This document shows positions 62,201 to 64,000 of a DNA stretch of 64,000 bases, in pieces. The notes under the pieces were generated by a model. The model made no database searches. It was not told the origin of the DNA and was given only the letters and a program-made list of their open reading frames with translations. A program made the translations under genes and the position numbers. Numbering within the stretch: position 1 is the first letter of the stretch; every line of letters begins with the position of its first letter. Source of the stretch: Peptococcia bacterium (GTDB lineage: Bacteria > Bacillota > Peptococcia > DRI-13 > DTU073); assembly GCA_050951565.1 (NCBI GenBank), contig JBMNJH010000012.1, positions 63,141 through 127,140 on the forward strand. The letters run 5' to 3'.

Positions 62201-62488
62201 AGTGATGAGACCCAGTTGCTGCTTGAAGAGCCATACTATACCATCAAGGTATTTAAGGAAGAAGAGCAGGTTGATGCTTTGGTCTACGATATTGAGCCTG
62301 CCGGTTCCGATGTGGATCATATTTTCACCTATCAGGTTGATGCGATGAGCGAATATCGTCTGGAATTATGGGTAAAGGTGCGTGACCATGAGTTCAAGCT
62401 GGATGATACATCTTTTACCACGGAGCAACCCATTATTGGGCTTGCCACGTTCAGGATTTTAACAAGTCAAAACGAATACGAGCGGTAA
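59228..62488 (+). CDS. Giant (1086 aa) N-terminally anchored surface protein with multiple beta-sandwich repeats
   Basis: TTG start with an AAGGAGGTG RBS. TM IVALAVVILAVLVFA. Repeat architecture similar to the 1817-aa protein. Confidence 0.75.
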   Translation: MKKIVALAVVILAVLVFAKYYQLQTVGILESNTYAVTDNQITQSLFSDQVPPEKAVLEPTVAESLTPLYELGGNLFLGERKNKLNNAYPLFVNDAVALMNVNNSAKLITEDFERKNTYYGLYVSDGLSFNADKQRADAETFILLELANKLYINARPMEVHTICGDVLIPMNGVVNFQEDAIRYYTLEKGKFHYKEIPRVDEQTWVRFAGKKYPYYDFLIGLGKLKEPSGQARPALQEEEAPPEIPEREEEEGKAQEEPVEPAESPVLKPEAPEKTKASFRKPRLSMTDFRVNSIQRTAETTLSIHDPSGVLTGAIQVIIRDEKGNAQSWTFTNYAEAQKGILQPVAFFDNLENGMTYTAYGTYSYIDADGQKQTEFFGWKTFQVEERLIYFFDLLEIKEEPEPEPEFVPVKPQVSCEPFVASIYDLHSTLTIHERGSLVTGGIRFEVYHDERMYMRKTVSASGELTLGPLPPATEFKIIGYITYLNEYKIKVEEKFFEQTIATLPLDQLEPMSLSFQNGKIFYDRIQIVDLCFVDDPADSNRKIGAGTIPYVAKIAVLIDNNTYGLKPAQISAMQEGGKVEYETPAVLRSNQKYRYRIVCLDRFGNELPLTEPAEGETHTCKAPPKAIIRLTTNEVANTELTVEIENKDHVEAQNYRIALYDINDHLIHTVRRTEGGEDSEASTHHDLPEDGGKITFTNLSAGAAYTAVVYADYDLDNGEGIQENMEIGRIRFTTLSISALGYAIFTTEVTELTDQEATLTISLDKNRTNPQLQFLLDKVTVLITGPDGEEIMTVSLTEEELARFVAGDGEPFQIELENLLSSTEYGITILAEVEQGGEIHDIKTSNSIDGFKTLKTEPEVVISSYFSISNAIELYDVIINDPDGAILSHVNLLVTDSYGRVVGSRILQANTLYETLVFPKLIKNEMYTFTFVATEFNKGYDYTTFETLYELKPVYQIINENKLAGEIGLQSLDEITGDNDHYLAKLRVQISDETQLLLEEPYYTIKVFKEEEQVDALVYDIEPAGSDVDHIFTYQVDAMSEYRLELWVKVRDHEFKLDDTSFTTEQPIIGLATFRILTSQNEYER

Positions 62489-62495
62489 ATTTATT

Positions 62496-64000
62496 GTGCT
62501 GAATGATATTGATGTGACGTCAGGGCCGCTTCTTGGGTCGGCTGACTCTTTTAACGGGGAGTTGGATTTTCAGGGTTATACGCTGCATAATAGCAAGGGT
62601 ACTTACTTATTTCGCATTTGGGTAAAAACGGGTATCATTAAAAATATGGTACTTGATGTGACGATCCCGTATACTGATCCGATGCGTTACCGGGCTTTAT
62701 TGCTTATGTTTCCAGGGGACGGATGGAGAATATTATGGTGAACGTAAAAGGTTGTACCGAGTTATCTGCATAATGACTGGGGACTTTTTTGTCCATAACA
62801 GTGCGACCGGCGTGATTGAAAACTTTGTGGTCAATCTGGAAAGTCCGCTTTATGTTTGGAGAAATTTGGGTGTGTACGCATATAACAGCGGGATGGTACG
62901 AAACGGTTATGTGTATGGTAGCGATATTGAACTGCCTGATATTGAGGTGGATGGGGGCTATACTGCCTCTAATTTTGGCGGGATTGTGGGCAGAAACGAA
63001 ACAGCCGGACGGGTGGAAAATGTCTTTTCTCTGGTCAATATCCGTACCGGCACACTGGTCACGCCTAGCAAGAACAATTTTGGCATGATTGTGCGGCGTA
63101 ACAATGGGACAGTGAAGGGTGCTTTTACCACGGGAGAGGTCTATTTCGGAGGGGCAAATGACCTGCGCTATGGCCCGGCGGTAGGCCGTCAGGGCGGGAT
63201 GCTGCAGACTGATGCTTACTACATTTCGGAAAGACTCTACCTATACGAATACATATAACGCGAAAGTAAGCAAGGAAACGCTCTATGATCCATTGTGGCA
63301 CAAGGCCGTCCTGGGGGATATGTTTGACACGGAGACACTGGTCTTAATGGGTTATTACCCCCAATTAAAGCTGCCCGATTGTATGCCGGCCCAGCCTTAT
63401 CTGCCCTTGCCGGAGTTAAATGTTGCCGATGCGGTGGATCTGGCCAGCGTAATGGTCGAAGAGCAGTACGAGGATTACGCTATCGCCCGGTTTACCTTTA
63501 ATAACCCCTATGGCTATACGATTAAGAGCGTGGGGGTCGAATACCTCAATGCCACCATTATCCCGGACAGCCAGGAGGATAAAGATGGACTCACCCGTGT
63601 GCTGGTGCGCTTGGATAACCCCACTAAGTTTTATTCCAGCTACAATGTCCTTTATTTCGGATACGGTGTTTCCGCTAGCAGTCCAACGACTTTGCGCCAC
63701 TATCAAAAAGGAGAACGTCTGGTCAATGCAGAGTTTTTTAAGCCAATTCGCACAATTGAAGATTGGGCATCTATAGAGGATAGCTTAGAGCAGAACTATC
63801 GTTTGAAAGAGGATTTGGATTTTAATAATACTCCGCCGCAATTAATCCGCATTGGGGAAAATGATGCTAATCAATTTACCGGCAAACTGGATGGCGGTAT
63901 TTATGACAAAAACATGAAATGTATTGGGATGCATACTATTCGTAATCTTGATTTATCCATTGGCTTAGGAGGAGTGATCACTAATTTAAAAGGTTCGGTT
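62496..64000 (+). pseudogene. GLUG-motif surface protein split over three consecutive frames (62496-62741 frame 0, 62752-63258 frame +1, 63257 to window end frame +2): frameshifted pseudogene, phase-variable gene or sequencing error; 3'-partial
   Basis: Each downstream frame is open well before the upstream frame's stop. GLUG-like motif ASNFGGIVGRNETAGRVENVFSLVNI. The last segment runs off the window end, so the ORF track omits it. Confidence 0.45.

Overview
This 64 kb window looks like a Gram-positive anaerobe (Clostridia-type Firmicute, about 50% GC, frequent GTG/TTG starts, AGGAGG ribosome-binding sites). Below, RBS = ribosome-binding site and TM = transmembrane segment.

**1..45 kb: mostly housekeeping and metal homeostasis.**
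- A truncated CODH-like protein fused to a TipAS-like domain, an SDR (short-chain dehydrogenase) reductase, gltX followed directly by tRNA-Glu(CUC), and a lipoprotein.
- A dtxR-feoA-feoB iron-uptake operon on the minus strand, with a candidate operator palindrome upstream.
- A cluster of three paralogous secreted proteins (Cu-amine-oxidase-N1-like 'stalk' domain), a DUF234 AAA ATPase and a large BamB/PQQ + CARDB secreted protein.
- thpR, radC, an isochorismatase, and a two-gene AmmeMemoRadiSam system (radical SAM plus a LigB/Memo-AMMECR1 fusion).
- A CDF-family exporter, a Ca2+ P-type ATPase, htpG, a CBS-containing family II pyrophosphatase, a DUF3784 membrane protein, an SPFH protein and pyruvate carboxylase.
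- A PstS-like lipoprotein with an RGG-rich disordered insert, a LysR regulator, copA, and a single-chain FGAM synthase (purL).

**45.6 kb to the window end: the most unusual locus.**
- After a 385-bp AT-rich gap, the region encodes very large surface proteins anchored by an N-terminal TM segment (1817, 598 and 1086 aa). They carry collagen-like GXY, Gly-rich and acidic tandem repeats and FN3-like domains.
- Between them sits a translationally coupled second F-type-ATPase-like module: c-like, b-like, alpha-like, gamma-like, beta-like and epsilon-like genes, plus two membrane proteins.
- There is no a-subunit or delta gene. The c-like subunit lacks the ion-binding carboxylate in TM2, whereas the alpha/beta catalytic motifs are intact.
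- I interpret this as a candidate non-ion-translocating, F1-like ATP-driven machine associated with giant surface proteins, loosely reminiscent of the F1-like ATPase clusters of mycoplasmas.
- The locus ends in a GLUG-motif surface protein split over three consecutive reading frames, which is a pseudogene, a phase-variable gene or a sequencing artefact.

No CRISPR arrays, rRNA genes, transposases or integrases were seen.
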